Positions 39,040-52,645 are shown, numbered from the stretch's first letter. The stretch is 64,000 bases of DNA from Octopus vulgaris (GCA_951406725.2 OX597837.1:39308001-39372000), one strand, 5' to 3'. Made by a program: numbers and translations. The notes: generated by a model from the letters alone, not told the origin.

Positions 39040-41290
39040 AGGCAGTAAGTTGGCGGAAACGTTAACACGCCAGGCAAAATGCTTAGTGGTATTTCATCTG
39101 TCTTTACGTTCTGAGTTCAAATTCCGCCGAGGTCGACTTTGCCTTTCATCCTTTCGGGGTCAATAAATTAAGTACCAGTTACGCACTGGGGTCGATGTAA
39201 TCGACTTCATCCGTTTGTCTGTCCATGTTTGTCCCCTCTGTGTTTAGCCCCTTGTTGGTAGTAAAGAAATAGGTACTTCATCTACGTTCTGAGTTCAAAT
39301 TCCGCTGAGGTTGACTTCGCTTTCATTCTTTCGGGGTTGATAAATTAAGTACCAGTTGCGTACTAGGGTTGATCTAATCAACTGGCACCCACCAAAAAAA
39401 TTTCAGGCCTTGTGCCTAGAGTAGAAAAAAATAACATTTAAAGGTGGCAAACTGCCAGAAACGTTAGCACGTTGGGCGAAATGCTTAGCGGTATTTCGTC
39501 TGCCGCTACGTTCTGAGTTCAAATTCCGCCGAGGTTGACTTTACCTTTCATCCTTTTGGAGTAAATATATTAAGTACCAGTGAAACACTGGGGTTGATTA
39601 CATCAACTAGTCCCCTCTCCACAAATTTCAGGTCTTGTGCCTTCAGTAGAAATATTATTATTATTTGCCCTTGCAAACATGGGTGTTTTGCCCTTAAACA
39701 ACCTTTATTCAGAGACCTTTTGAGGATGATGGGCTACTTGGCTTGAAAAAAATTCTGAGTCCCACCTGAAAGATCATGTGTTGTTTATCTCAATATCAGG
39801 TCACCATGTCACATACACAGTTGTGATGCATGTATCTGGTGTACCCTTATTAGATGGGTAGTCTTGATGGGTATATTGGACTTCGTATATTTGTACCCCA
39901 GTGTGACTTTGACGGCCTGAATTTCTCTCTCTCTCTCAATAGTAATCATAATCCTTTCTATTCTAGACACAAAGCCTGAAATTTTGGAGGAGGGGCTTTA
40001 TCAATTGTATTGATCTCAGCCCTGAAGTGGTACTTATTGTTGACCCCCAAAAGGATAAAAGGGGGTCAATAGAATTAAAGATGGACAAAATGCTAAGCAT
40101 TTTGTTTCACCTCCTAACAATTCTGTCGACTTTGTTATACCGATCCTTTCTGAATATAGGCAGGGCCTCGAATTTGGGAAGGGAGTGGGGCTAGTTGGTT
40201 ACAAACTACTACTATTATGGGCAGGAGTGGCTGTGTGGTAAGTAGCTTGTTTACCAACCACATGGTTCTGGGCTCAGTCCCACTGCATGGCACCTTGGGC
40301 AAGTGTCTTCTACTATAGCTTCGAGCAGACCAAAGCCTTGTGAGTGGATTTGGTAGACGGAAACTGAAAGAAGCCTGTCATATATATGTATGTGTGTCTG
40401 TGTTTGTCCCCGCAACATTGCTTGACAACAGATCCTGGTGTGTTTATGTCCCCGTAACTTAGTGGTTCAGCAAAAGAGATCGATAGAATAAGTACTAGCC
40501 TTACAAAGAATAAGTCCTGGTGTCAATTTGCTCGACTAAAGGCAGTGCTCCAGCATGGCCATAGTCTAATGACTGAAACAAGTAAAAGTAATACTACTAC
40601 TGTCACTAATAATAATAATAATCCTTTCTATTATTGGCACAAGGCCTGAAATTTGGGGGCGGGGATTAGTTGATGTAATTAACCCCAGTGTTTCACTGGT
40701 ATTTAATTTATTGACCCCAAAAGGATGAAAGGCAATGTTGACCTCGGTGGAATTTGAACCCAGAACATCCAGACGTATGAAATATCACTGGGCATTTTGC
40801 CTGGCATGCTAACAATTCTGTTAGCTTGCCACCGTCAACAATAACAATAATAATAATAATAATAATAATAATGATCAATTCTGATTTTGACCTAAGATTG
40901 GCAGTCTTAAGGTAAAAGAGAAGTTGGTTATATTGACACCAGAACTTGACTGGTACTTGATTTATCAACCCCATAAAAGGATGAAAGGCAGAATTTGAAC
41001 CCAGAATGTGAAACCAGAATAGATGCTGCTAATGATTCTGCCAGCTTGCTGCCTAATAATAATAATACTTTTTTGCTATAGGCACAAGGCCTGAAATTTG
41101 GGGGAAGTGGGCTCGACAATTACATTGACCCTGGTACCTGAGTTTATTTCATCGACCTTGAAAGGATGAAAAGCAAAGTCAATCACAGCAGAATTTGAAC
41201 TCAGAACATAAAGGCCAGAATAAATATTGGGAAACATTTTGTCTGATATACTGATTGTGTGAGTTTGCCAGCTAATAATGATAATAATAA
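39040..41290. mobile_element. SINE cluster: A copies + (39040-39660), A copies - (39950-41290), SINE B + (40221-40590)
   Basis: Family motifs in both orientations. Confidence 0.8.
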
Positions 41291-41674
41291 TAATAATAAG
41301 AGCACTCAGAGAGCACAAACCTCTGCCAAGGCAACATCAATGTCCTCTCAATGATTAGCCAGAGTTGATTTTTAAAACGAGAATATCTGAAATAAACTTG
41401 ACTGCTCTCACAAACGAGAATACTAAAAATGAACCCAACTGCTCTCAAAACTAAAGTAAAAAAAAAAAAACAGAAAAATAATCCAGAATCCTTGTCCGCA
41501 CTTGCCCAAGGAACCCCACAGTTCCCTGGACAAAAAACAGTTTGCTTGTGAAGCAAACGTCCTCACCACACATACATACCAGTGCTTCATACATCCATCT
41601 ATCCATATATGTAGATATCAAACAATGAGAACGAGTACTCAACACCACATTGGTGGCTAAAGATTCTCTGTTTG

Positions 41675-41825
41675 GTGTATTAAGGCTACCATTGGTTTCA
41701 TGTTAAGTAAGGCTTGAACAATTATTAAGTGTATCACATGGAACATCGGAGGCAAACACCGATGTGATAGGCTTGATAATTGTTAAGGTATTTATAACAT
41801 GAAACAAATGGTAGCCTTAATACAC
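41675..41825. repeat. 150 bp hairpin / MITE-like element
   Basis: gtgtattaaggctaccatt.gtttcatgtta / taacatgaaac.aatggtagccttaatacac, with inner arms as well. Confidence 0.75.
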
Positions 41826-42159
41826 AAAGTATATATATATATATACACATAAAATTGATGCAAAAAATTCCTACCACCAAACTTTCCAGTTTCAATTATT
41901 GGTGCATTTAACCCACACAAATGTGGTTCTATATAAATTTGCCCTGTAATTAGGATTTTTCTTCTGGGCTAAGGATGTTACTTTGTACCCTTCACAATGT
42001 CCTTTATCATTTATTATCTTTTTTTTTTTTGGCAGGGTCAGGATTTCAGGAATAGGATCTATTTGACCCCTTCTTGCAGTGTCGTCTACAAGAGATTTCT
42101 GGTAGGGCTGGGGTGACATGGACATGTTAGTGTGGGTGTAATAAAAAATTGGGTCAACA

Positions 42160-43310
42160 GAATTCACTGATAGCAGGGCTAACAAAACTACTGGCAACAG
42201 GGCTAACAATATTGACAACTGAAGTAACTCACTGATAACAGGGCTAACAAACCTCAGTTGCAACAAGGGTAACAAAATTCACTGGCAACAAGGCTAACAA
42301 ACTTGTGATAGCACTGGAAACAGGGCTAACAAAAATTACTGGCATCAGAGCTAACAAAACTCAGTGACAGCAGGGCTAACAAACAGTCTACTGACAACAG
42401 GGAAAATAAATTCACTGGCAACAGGGCTAACAAAACTCATTGATAGCAGGGCTAACAAAATGCCTTGACAATGGGGCTTGTAAAACTCACTGATAGTAGG
42501 GCTGACAAAATTCACTGACAACAGGGCTAACAGTATGCACTGACAATGGGGCTACCAAAATTCAAGTAGGGGGCTAACAAAACTCACTAACAACAAAGGG
42601 CTAACACACCTCATTGCAACAACAGGGCTAACAGTATGCACTGACAATGGGGCTACCAAAATTCAAGTAGGGGGCTAACAAAACTCATCAACAACAAAGG
42701 GCTAACACACCTCGTTACAACAACAGGGCTAACAGTATGCACTGACAATGGGGCTAACAAAACTCATCAACAACAAAGGGCTAACACACCTCATTACAAC
42801 AACAGGGCTAACAGTATGCACTGACAATGAGGCTACCAAAATTCAAGTAGGGGGCTAACAAAACTCACTAACAACAAAGGGCTAACACACCTCATTGCAA
42901 CAACAGGGCTAACAGTATGCACTGACAATGGGGCTACCAAAATTCAAGTAGGGGCTAACAAAACTCATCAACAACAAAGGGCTAACACACCTCGTTACAA
43001 CAACAGGGCTAACAGTATGCACTGACAATGGGGCTAACAAAACTCATCAACAACAAAGGGCTAACACACCTCATTACAACAACAGGGCTAACAGTATGCA
43101 CTGACAATGAGGCTACCAAAATTCAAGTAGGGGGCTAACAAAACTCACTAACAACAAAGGGCTAACGCACCTCATTACAACAACAGGGCCAACAAAATGC
43201 ACTGACAGGGGCGGGGCTACCAAAATTCACCTAATACAAGGTTAACAAAACTCACCAACAACACAGGGCTAACACACCTCATTGACAACAACTGGGCTAA
43301 CAAAATAACA
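42160..43310. repeat. Minisatellite with a 22-28 bp GGGCTAACA monomer and 101/101/79 bp higher-order structure
   Basis: ACAGGGCTAACAGTATGCAC at 42521, 42622, 42723, 42802, 42903, 43003 and 43082. Confidence 0.95.
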
Positions 43311-43594
43311 CTATATAGCAATAGTGGTCATGCATTATTACACAATATTTCACAATCATCTGTTATAAATGGTGACAGGGTTAAGAAAAAAAAGTAGTCG
43401 CATCATTATAGTAAGCATTTAAACAGACCCGCCTTTTAGTTGCAGTCGTAGGGTTAGCAGTGGCTGATGCCATTGCCAAATATGGCAGTAGGAGTAGTAG
43501 TAGTAGTTGTAATGGTAGTAGCACCAAAAGTAGAAGCCATTTTTGAGTGCTGCCTTCGGTTGTGGACTGTGACATGGGGCTACCATTTTCCTTT

Positions 43595-43805
43595 CTTTCT
43601 TAAAATCCCTAAATTTCCTTAGATTTCTTAAAATCCCTTAATTTCTTTAAATTTCTTAAAATCCCTAAATTACTTTAAATTTCTTTAAATTTCTTAAATT
43701 TCTTTAAATTTCTTAAAATCCCTAAATTTCTTGAAATTTCTTAAATTTCTTAAAATCCCTAAATTTCTTAAAATTTTTTAAATTTCTTAAAATCCCTAAA
43801 TTTCA
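43595..43805. repeat. AT-rich tandem repeat (TAAATTTCT / AAAATCCCT monomers)
   Basis: Seen directly. Confidence 0.85.
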
Positions 43806-44564
43806 GGTGTGGCATTAACCATGACATCCTTAAAAAAATTTTTATTTTTTTTTTTTTTTTTGATAATTCTCTTTTTCTGCCTCAAAATAACATCTCTTTA
43901 AAATCCCTTTAAAAGACAAAAAAAATGATGTGGGAGGGGAGGGGTCCTTATTTTATTTATTTATTTATTTTTTGCTTGCCATGGTTGTTTTTATTTTATT
44001 TTATTTTATTTTAATTTTTATTTTACAAATCGTGCCGTCAGCAGAAACAGACAATTTGACAGTTCAGACTGTTGTTTATTTTTACGAACTTTAGGCCCCA
44101 CACCCCTCTTCCTCGACCCCCATCTCAAACCCCCCACTGCCTCCACCACCGCCGTTGCCAGCACCCACCCATCCACTACCACCACCACCACCACTACCAC
44201 CCTCACTACTAGTGTTTGCTGCTTAAATTTTTTTTTTTTTTTTTTTTTAATATTTCTTTACCAAGTTTTTAAAAAAAAGAAAAGAAATATTAATAATTAA
44301 AAAAAAAATAATCAAAAACAAAAAAATAATAATAAAAAAACTCAAGACCAAATAAATTAAAATAGTGATTCAACAGAAGGAAAAAGAAAGATAAAGAAAA
44401 ATTTGAATTTATTTTCATTTTTGTTATTTTTGTGTAATAGAACTGTTTAGCAGAGGAAACTGTACTGAAGCCTGCCATGTGTGTATGTGTAAATAATATA
44501 TATAAAGAAAAAGGTGGTGGGTTTTGGGGTGGGGTCAGAATTTGAATAATTGTTATTTGCTTAT

Positions 44565-44767
44565 TCTTTTACTTGTTTCAGTCATTTGTCTATGGCCATA
44601 CTGGAGCACCACCTTTTAGTCAAAGAAATCAACCTTTGGACTTATTCTCTGTCAGCCTGGAACTTACTCTATTGGTCTTTTCTGCTGAACCGCTAAGTTA
44701 CAGACACGTAAACACACCAACATTGGTTGCTAAGCGATGGGCAGGGCAGACAAACACACACACACAA

Positions 44768-44814
<47 letters not shown>

Positions 44815-45237
44815 CATACATGGTGGGCTTCTTTTAGTTTCCATCTACCAAATCCACTTACAAGGCATTGGATGGCCTGAGGTTATAGTAGTCGACACTT
44901 GCCCAAGGTGTCAGTTGACTGTGGCCATACTGGAGCACCACCTTTTAGTCAAAGAAATCGACCTTTGGACTTATCCTCTGTCAGCCTCAAACTTACTCTA
45001 TTGGTCTCTTCTGCTGAATTGGTTTGTTAAGCGATGGGCAGGGCAGACAAACACACACACACAAATATATATATATATATATACATACACGACGGGCTTC
45101 TTTCAGTTTCCGTCTACCAAATCCACTTACATGGCTTAGGTTGGCCTGATGTTATAGTAGACAACACTTGCCCAAGGTGGCATGCAGTAGGATTGAACCC
45201 AGGACCATATGGTTGGGAAGCAAGCTTCTTACCACAC
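44565..45237 (-). mobile_element. SINE B, tandem partial duplication
   Basis: Two copies share private variants (gggcagggcagacaaac, tctgtcagcct). Confidence 0.8.
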
Positions 45238-45669
45238 GTGAGTTAGTTGAAATGGGTAGAGAGTATTCTTTGTTATTTTGGTTTGAATATGTTTAGATTT
45301 TGTTGATTCTACTTAGAATGGGATTGTTAACTAATATATATGAAATGGTTAAAGGCGGCAAGCTGGCAGAAACATTAGCACGCTGAGCAAAGTTCTTAGC
45401 AGTATTTTGTCTGCCCTTACGTTCTGAGTTCAAATTCCGCCGAGGTCAACTTTGCCTTTCATCCATTTGGGGTCGATAAATAAAGTACCAGTTATGCTCT
45501 GGGGTCGATGTAATCGACTTAATTACTTTGTCTGTCCTTGTTTAGCCCCTTGTGGGCAATAAAGAAATATATATGAAATGGTTAAAGTTGAAATAGTTAA
45601 GGCTATAGAAAAGGCATATAAATAGTGTGTCAAAGAACCAGTTTGGCCAGTAAAAATCGAAAGCAGCCT

Positions 45670-46065
45670 ATCTTCTTCGTCTTCTTACAGCATTCACCCG
45701 GGGTGGGTTGAGCTGGCTTCATTCATCCTCAATGCTGCATCTCTCACAAACGCTGACCAGACCTGGCGATTTGAGGCTAACGACTGCGTGATCTCCAACC
45801 ACTCCTTATTCCAGCGGCGAACGCCGTAGATATGGGGGCCTAGGTTGAGTTACAGATCAGCCTTGACCGTCATCAGTTAGGTTTCTCGTTGTCCACCACA
45901 TCGCTTTCGCCAACCCTGAAGGGGAGCTGGGGCAATTGCTTCGTAGATGAATTCTCGTGGTTGACAACAGAGGGCATGACCCAGCCAACGCAGACGTCTC
46001 GTTAGGATGACTTGTCGGAGCACAAAGACACTCTGTAAACATTACAGGGGTGGTGTTCATATCCC
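45670..46065 (-). mobile_element. RTE-clade LINE 3' end (second family)
   Basis: Minus strand: ILTRRLRWLGHAL...GWRKRCGGQRET...VKADL...YGVRRWNKEW...LASNRQVW; (GAA)n-like tail. Confidence 0.8.
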
Positions 46066-46699
46066 ACCGGCAGCCTTTGATGTTTTGTAATCAAAAGTGT
46101 TTTTAAATACTGTTTTTGCTCACTTATTTACAATTTTATCTCCTTCAATTTTCAGTGTTCCAAAAAAAGAATTCTTTCAGAGTTGAGTTGCTAAATTCTT
46201 ATATGCATATTATTTTACTTGTTCCAATCATTAGACTGTGGCCATGCTGGAGCACTGCTTTGAAGAATTTTTAACCAAATGAATCTACTCCAGTGCCTGT
46301 TTAAAAAAAAAACCTTTCGGGATCGATAAATTAAGTACCAGTTTCATACTGGGGTCGATATAATCGACTTAATCCCTTTGTCTATCCTTGCTTGTCCCAT
46401 CTATGTTTAGCCCCCTTGTGGGCAATAAAGAAGAAATCATTGAGCTGAAGACAAAGGAGAGAGGAGTATATCAGAGAATATTCTAATAGTGATAAAAAAA
46501 AAGACTTGGATTACACGGCTGATGAGTATATCAGAGATCGCTGTAATAATGACATAAAAACTTGAAGTACATAGCTAATGTTTTGTTGCTTTTTTGTTAG
46601 ATAGGAGGATATAATTTGAGGAAAATATGGTTGCTATTTCTAGTTGATGGAGCAACTTGAAAATAACTTTATTATCTGTTGGCTTGTTTTTGGATCTGA

Positions 46700-48620
46700 T
46701 AGAATGTACATGGAACAAGCCTTCCCTTGAAGTTATGGGACATAGGTACCATGTACTTCTTTCTAAACATATTCAAGTGAAGTTAAAGTCTCCCAAAAGA
46801 TTACCTCGTACCTTGGAAAGGCAGAATTCTTTCAGTGAACAAGTGGATCATTTCAGCAGTTGCACGTTGGTGTCTGGGACAAAGCCTACTTATGTGTATA
46901 CTTTTTTCTGTGATAATATGCAATGATATCTAGGCAAGAGTAACTAACTCTGTTATAATGCACATTAAAAAGCTTACAATATTTATATATCCTTTGGAAA
47001 TGTTGCCTAAAAATAAAAACTTTCTGGCTGTATTTGTAAAGACATCTCAGTTGAATGGAAAATTACAACAGCTTGCAACTCTTTGGAGTGAGAGTTGGGG
47101 ATCCTCCATGTACGCCAACTTTTCCTTAAACCGCTTCTTGCTAATGTTTTGTTGTAGTAGGGTACATTTTCATTGAAGATACCTGTGTCTGAAGATAAAA
47201 TGGAGATTCTACTGATTCAAGTTAATGAATTTCTAATCACACCTAGAATTCCTATGAAGATATGTTTCCTCACTGGAGATTTTTTAGAGGTAAAAGTGAT
47301 GCCCAAGAAGTTGTCTGAGGTTAGATTTGTAACGATAATTACATTTACTCTCCTCAAGTTAGCTGTCTTTACGTAGAAGACCTTTATTGCTAATTAGGTA
47401 ATATTTCCCAAGCATATGTAAATACCACAAGTCCTGATTAGGGACTTCGTTATTAGCATAGACATACATAATAGGGAGTCACTCATATCATGATGGCTCA
47501 CACTGGGCCAGATCCTCTATTTAATATTTATATAAAGATGTACTATGGAGCTAAGATTGTGAAAGTTTCAGGTTATCTTGAAAACCAGTATGAGCCCATT
47601 TTCACGTAGCTTGGCTCTACACAAACATGATAGCCTGGCAATTTCAGCAACATGAACGATTACGTCATTGATAGATTTAAGAAGAACTTAATAAGGGCCT
47701 TATAGAAGTCCCTATTAAATTTTCGTTGGTATCTGATTTAAGTTTGTTGTGTGTGTCATGTTGGAGGTGATATTGTCTGAAACCCAGAGTTTTCACAAAG
47801 AGGAATTTTTAGGAAAGATAGAGATTCATGGCATCAAACTGGGAGAATACGCAGGCTGCTTTGTTCTCAACATCATCGATCCTATTGATAATAGTGACAC
47901 AGCGATTCCGTTGGACTAGCCTTGTCGCCATTCTGATAACAGAAACCGATGGTGTTGAGGATATACATGCTGCGGTTGTCTCAGCGTACATTTAGTGTGT
48001 GAAAGGAAATAGAAATTAGATTTATGGTCATTAAGAGTGATGTATGGGTGAAGTGTAGCACCAGGTGATTATATACCTTTATTTTATCTTTACAGGGTGG
48101 TTAGTTTCTTTACTTCACTGTTTATACTGTTGTATGAAATATATACACAAACGGATGCAGAAAAAGAAATATTATATCTATTAAATACGATTAGTATAAA
48201 CAATTTCCCCATCATACACATAAGAGAAATATACTCACACATTAACAGAACGAGAGGAACATTTAATGTCAAGTAAGTCAGTGTTTAATTAACGACGCTA
48301 AATGAGCGGTGTTAAAATGGCTCTTTCAAAGTGTCTCATAGCTCCAATGATTGTCAAGGAAGCTACTGCTTGCTAGGATCATAGCTCTCAAAGCAGTTCC
48401 CAACAAGTCCTCGTTACTGTAGTGCTACCAACTGGTTTCCCTATCCTAGCATCAACGCCCCTAGCGCAGTTGTTGAGTAGGTTAGTTTTACAGTATGTAT
48501 TGGTGATATTGTCAAATAAGATCCTGCTCTGTGCTTCATCCATATATAATTTATCATTGTTCTTGCTTATAATAGCAAGTAAATATAGGTTAGGAAATCG
48601 ATTGAAAGATGTCATGTTAA
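46700..48620 (-). mobile_element. Highly decayed Penelope-like element RT fossil
   Basis: Collinear minus-strand remnants: ILFDNITNTYCK, TLKE, IDDVENKAACVFSQFDAMNLYLS, IVTNLTSDNFLGITF, RVSYSC, which resemble PLE motifs as I recall them (LL.DNIT.TYKK, ITLKDHK, FIQFDI..FYPSI, .TNL..VNFLDVTF, KVSYSC). Confidence 0.6.
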
Positions 48621-48694
48621 CTGTTCAAGATGTTTAGGCATGGGGCTGAAATCTTATCCCACTTTTTTAATCAGATTAATTAGACCTTTATATC

Positions 48695-49080
48695 TTTTAT
48701 TTGTTTCAGTCATTAGACTGGGGCCACCACATTTTAGAATTTTTAGTCAAATGAATCGACCACAGTACTTTTTTGAAGCCTGGTGCTTATTCTACCGTTC
48801 TCTTTTGACAAATCACCAGGTTACAGGGACGTAAACACTCCAACACCGGTTGTCGAGCGATGATGGTAGACAAACACACACACACACACGTGTGGGTGCG
48901 TGCATGTGTGTGTACTATAGGCTTCTTTCAGTTTTCGTGTACCAAATCCACTCACAAGGCTTTGGTTGGTCCGAGGCTATAGTAGAAGCCACTTGCCCAA
49001 GGTGCTACGCAGTGGGACTGAACCCGGAACCATGTGGTTCGGAAGCAAGCTTCTTACCACACTTGCCACACGCCTGCTCC
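48695..49080 (-). mobile_element. SINE B
   Basis: Family match. Confidence 0.85.
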
Positions 49081-50333
49081 TATTCCATGCATTGTGAAAG
49101 AGATAGAAATGCGATTTAGCAGATAAACTAGAAGATTTACGTTTCTTCTTCAAGAATGTGAGACCAGCATACCCACAAATAGATTTTGCTTCAGATCACA
49201 GGAATGCTCCTTTAAGAAAATGAGCTCAAGAATTTTGAAGTATTCATGATTAACCTGATTCAAAACACGCGATGTTGGCACCGCTCCAACCCTTTCCCGA
49301 ACACTTGGAACATGTTCAAATACTCCCTTGGTTTACACATTGTTGCCGATAAAACAAAGGACATACATAAAATAACAACATAATTAAGGCGGAGCAATGG
49401 TGGGGGCGATCTGCAACGAGCGACGCTTTTATAGCGGTAGTATTTTTGGGTCTGTGGTATAAGCACGTGTAGGGGTGAGGGGCGACAAACTTAGGGGCTG
49501 TACTGGGCAGCACCACAGGCCAGTAACTCTTTACTCTTTTTCCTTGTTTCGGTCATTTGACTGCGGCCATGCTGGAGCACCGCCTTTAGTCGAGCAAATC
49601 GACCCCAGGACTTATTCTTTGTAAGCCTAGTACTTATGCTATCGGTCTCTTTTGCCGAACCGCTAAGTGACGGGGACGTAAACACACCACCATCGGTTGC
49701 CAAGCGATGTTGGGGGACAAACACAGATACACACACACACACACACACATATGTTAAAAACTGCCGTTCAAACCGAAAAGATCCAAAAATCGAAGTAAAC
49801 ATCTTCCATCTTGCCCTTATTCTCCTTAAAATTTCAGTGACCATGACTTGGTATTTATCCACTGAGCTCTTCAAATAGAACTACTCTTTTACCTCCTTGA
49901 TTTCATCCCTTCCCACTCTATACAACCCTGTGTTAAGAATTCAAACCGCACGTATTTTGTTTCCACACGATTCATTTTTAGTCTTAGTAACACAAATCTA
50001 AATCGATGCAAAGACGTTTAGAGTGATCTCCCTTGTTTCCATTAATTTCAGTGTTTCAACTTAAAATGGTTCATAAATTTTATTTAATACAATATTATTT
50101 AAGAGAACGTTCAAATAAATTCTCTTATCACCATAACAACGTACACATTATATAATTGAGACTTTAACCTCTGTCAGTTTTATTTGTGACCGACAAAAAA
50201 AAGAAAATATGTATAATTTTAATATTAACTTCTTTATGTAAATTTTTATATATTCTGAAATATAATACACAATTTAAAGGCTTATTAACTATATTAAGAT
50301 TATTTCTAGGCATTAAAAAAAAGCACAATTTCT

Positions 50334-50570
50334 GGATCTTTTCGGTTTGACCGGCAGTTTTTAAAAATGATTTCCACGTAACTAAACACTTTTAAACTTC
50401 GTATACTGGTAGAATGTGTTTATAAAACATCTTTTTTCTCTTGGCTTTATTGAGAAAATTCTATAGTTTGTAAGATATTTGTTGTTTCTTTTCTTCAGTT
50501 TCTGCAATTTCAACCAATCAATGACGTCTATTGAGGTGAAAACATTCTGTGTGTGTGACAAGGCCGGCCG
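50334..50570 (+). mobile_element. Truncated copy of the MITE at 52646-53072 (an orphan right TIR is at about 49756-49784)
   Basis: GGATCTTTTCGGTTTGACCGGCAGTTTT and shared internal sequence. Confidence 0.75.
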
Positions 50571-50755
50571 CTTTGAAATACAGGTACTACTCATTTTCGC
50601 CAGCTGAGTGGACTGGAGCAACGTGAAATAAAGTGTCTTGCTCAAGGACTCAACGCGTCGCCGGGAATCGAACTCACGACCTTACAATCGTGAGCCAAAT
50701 ACCCTAACCACTAAGCCACGCGCCTTCACATACATATATACATACATACACACAC

Positions 50756-50797
<42 letters not shown>

Positions 50798-51070
50798 ATA
50801 TATATCTATGTGGAGGCACATGGCCTAGTGGTTAGAGCAGCGGACTTGCGGTCGAGGGATCGCGGGTTCGAATCTCAGACCGGGCGATGTGTTTGTTTAT
50901 GAGCGAAACACCTAAGCTCCACGCGGCTCCGGCAGAAGGTAACGGCGAAACTTCTGCTGACTCTTTCGCTACAACTTTCTCTCACTCTTTCCTCCTGCAT
51001 CTTGCAGCTTACCTGCGACGGACCGGCGTCCTGTCCAGGTGGGGAACCTATACGCCAAGGAAACCGAGAA
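50570..51070. mobile_element. SINE C (-, 50570-50730) and related tRNA-SINE (+, 50810-51070)
   Basis: Intact A/B boxes, e.g. TGGCCTAGTGG ... GGTTCGAATCTC. Confidence 0.8.
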
Positions 51071-51399
51071 GGAACAAACAAAAATATATATCTATGCATA
51101 TGTGGGTACAGGACGTCACCGACTGTGCAAAAAACATGAAATACGTGAACAAACGAGTTAAATACGTAAACCAGCGAGTGAAAAACTGGAAAACAGGAAA
51201 AGTAAACAAGTATATAAGAGTGGTTCTTGGCTGTGTGGTAAGAAGCTTGCTTCCCAACCACATGATTCCACGTTCAGTCCCATGGCATGGCACCTTGGGC
51301 AAGTGTCTTCAACTATAGCCTCGGGCCGACCAAAGTTTTTGTGAGTGGATGTGGGAGATGGAAACTAAAAGAAGCCCGTCACACACACACACACACACG

Positions 51400-51459
<60 letters not shown>

Positions 51460-51545
51460 TAATCCAAACAAGAAAGCACAAAAAAACAACAACGCGAGGA
51501 CGTGGAACAAATATAGTATTATTGGACGCTCAGGAAAGAAGGAGG

Positions 51546-51580
51546 GTTTAACGTTTCGAGCGGAGCTCTTCGTCGGAAAC
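51546..51580 (-). ncRNA. Minimal hammerhead-like motif with variant core CCGACGA
   Basis: gttt-CCGACGA-agagc tcc gctc-GAAA-cg-TT-aaac. Confidence 0.55.
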
Positions 51581-51633
51581 ATAGGAGAAGGAAAGATCCA
51601 GAGAAGGGAAGACAGAGGAAAGAAAATCGCCAA

Positions 51634-52098
51634 TGTTATTACTATACATGTGTGTATGTGTGTGTTATTTTATTCTTTTACTTGCTTCGGTTAATTTGAC
51701 TGTGGCCATGCTGGAGCACTGCCTTCAGTCGAGCAAATCGCCCCCAGGACACCGCCTTTAGTAAAAAAAATCGACCCCAGGACTTATTCTTTGTAAGCCT
51801 AGTACTTATTCTACCGTTCTCTTTTACCGAACCGCTAAGTTACGAGGACGTAAACACACCAACATCGGTTGCCAAGCGATGGAGGGGGACAAACGCAGAC
51901 ACACACACACATGTTGGTGTGCTTACGTCCTCGTAACTTAGCGGTTCGGCAAAAGAGAACGGTCGAATAAGTACTAGGCTTACAAAGAATAAGTCCTGGG
52001 GGCGATTTGCTCGACTGAAGGCAGTGCTCCAGCATGGCTGCAGTCAAATTAACTGAAGCATAAAAGAACACACACGCACACATGTATAGTAATAACAA
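51634..52098. repeat. Inverted duplication of a SINE B tail plus its flank
   Basis: Arms share private substitutions and the non-SINE flank tgttattactatacatgtg. Confidence 0.8.
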
Positions 52099-52645
52099 TA
52101 ATATGTACCAATGTGGAAACTCTACGATGTTAAGAGCGCGGGTTACTAACCTCAAATATCCATCGAATATAAATAAAGTACATAATTCCTCATCTCTTAA
52201 ATATAGAACTATAAGCTGTAAAAAGTTGTAAAAAAGATAAATAATTTTATAGACATTTCTGTTTGTTCCTCCACTCAATCCTTCGGTAAGGAAATTTCTC
52301 TGAACGAATTCTCTTTGCAAAGGTGAAGACTTTAATGATGACATTTTAATTATTGATTATTTATTATTATGGTAACAAATAATGCGGCCAGCAGGCGGAA
52401 TCGTTAGCACGCCGGACAAAATGCTAAGCGGTATTTCATCCCTCTTTACGTTTTGAGTTTAAATGCCGGAGAAACCGACTTTGTCTTTCATCCTTCCCGG
52501 TCGATAAAATAAGCACCATTGAAAACACTGGAATCAATATAATGAACTAGCGCGTCCCGTCGCTCTCCTAAAACTTGCTGGCCTTGTGCCAAAATCTGGA
52601 ACTGTTATTATGGTGGCAATTTTTTAAAGAAAAACTATTATTTCC

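Noticed and set aside
42160-43310. CRISPR-like repeat/spacer appearance
   Set aside because: Eukaryotic context, spacers short and recurrent, no cas genes; it is a minisatellite
46141-46200. Acceptor-like tccttcaattttcag as an alternative terminal exon start
   Set aside because: Followed directly by SINE fragments and a PLE fossil; cannot be supported without transcripts
50810-50885. tRNA-like sequence
   Set aside because: Head of a SINE continuing into SINE body; no proper acceptor stem
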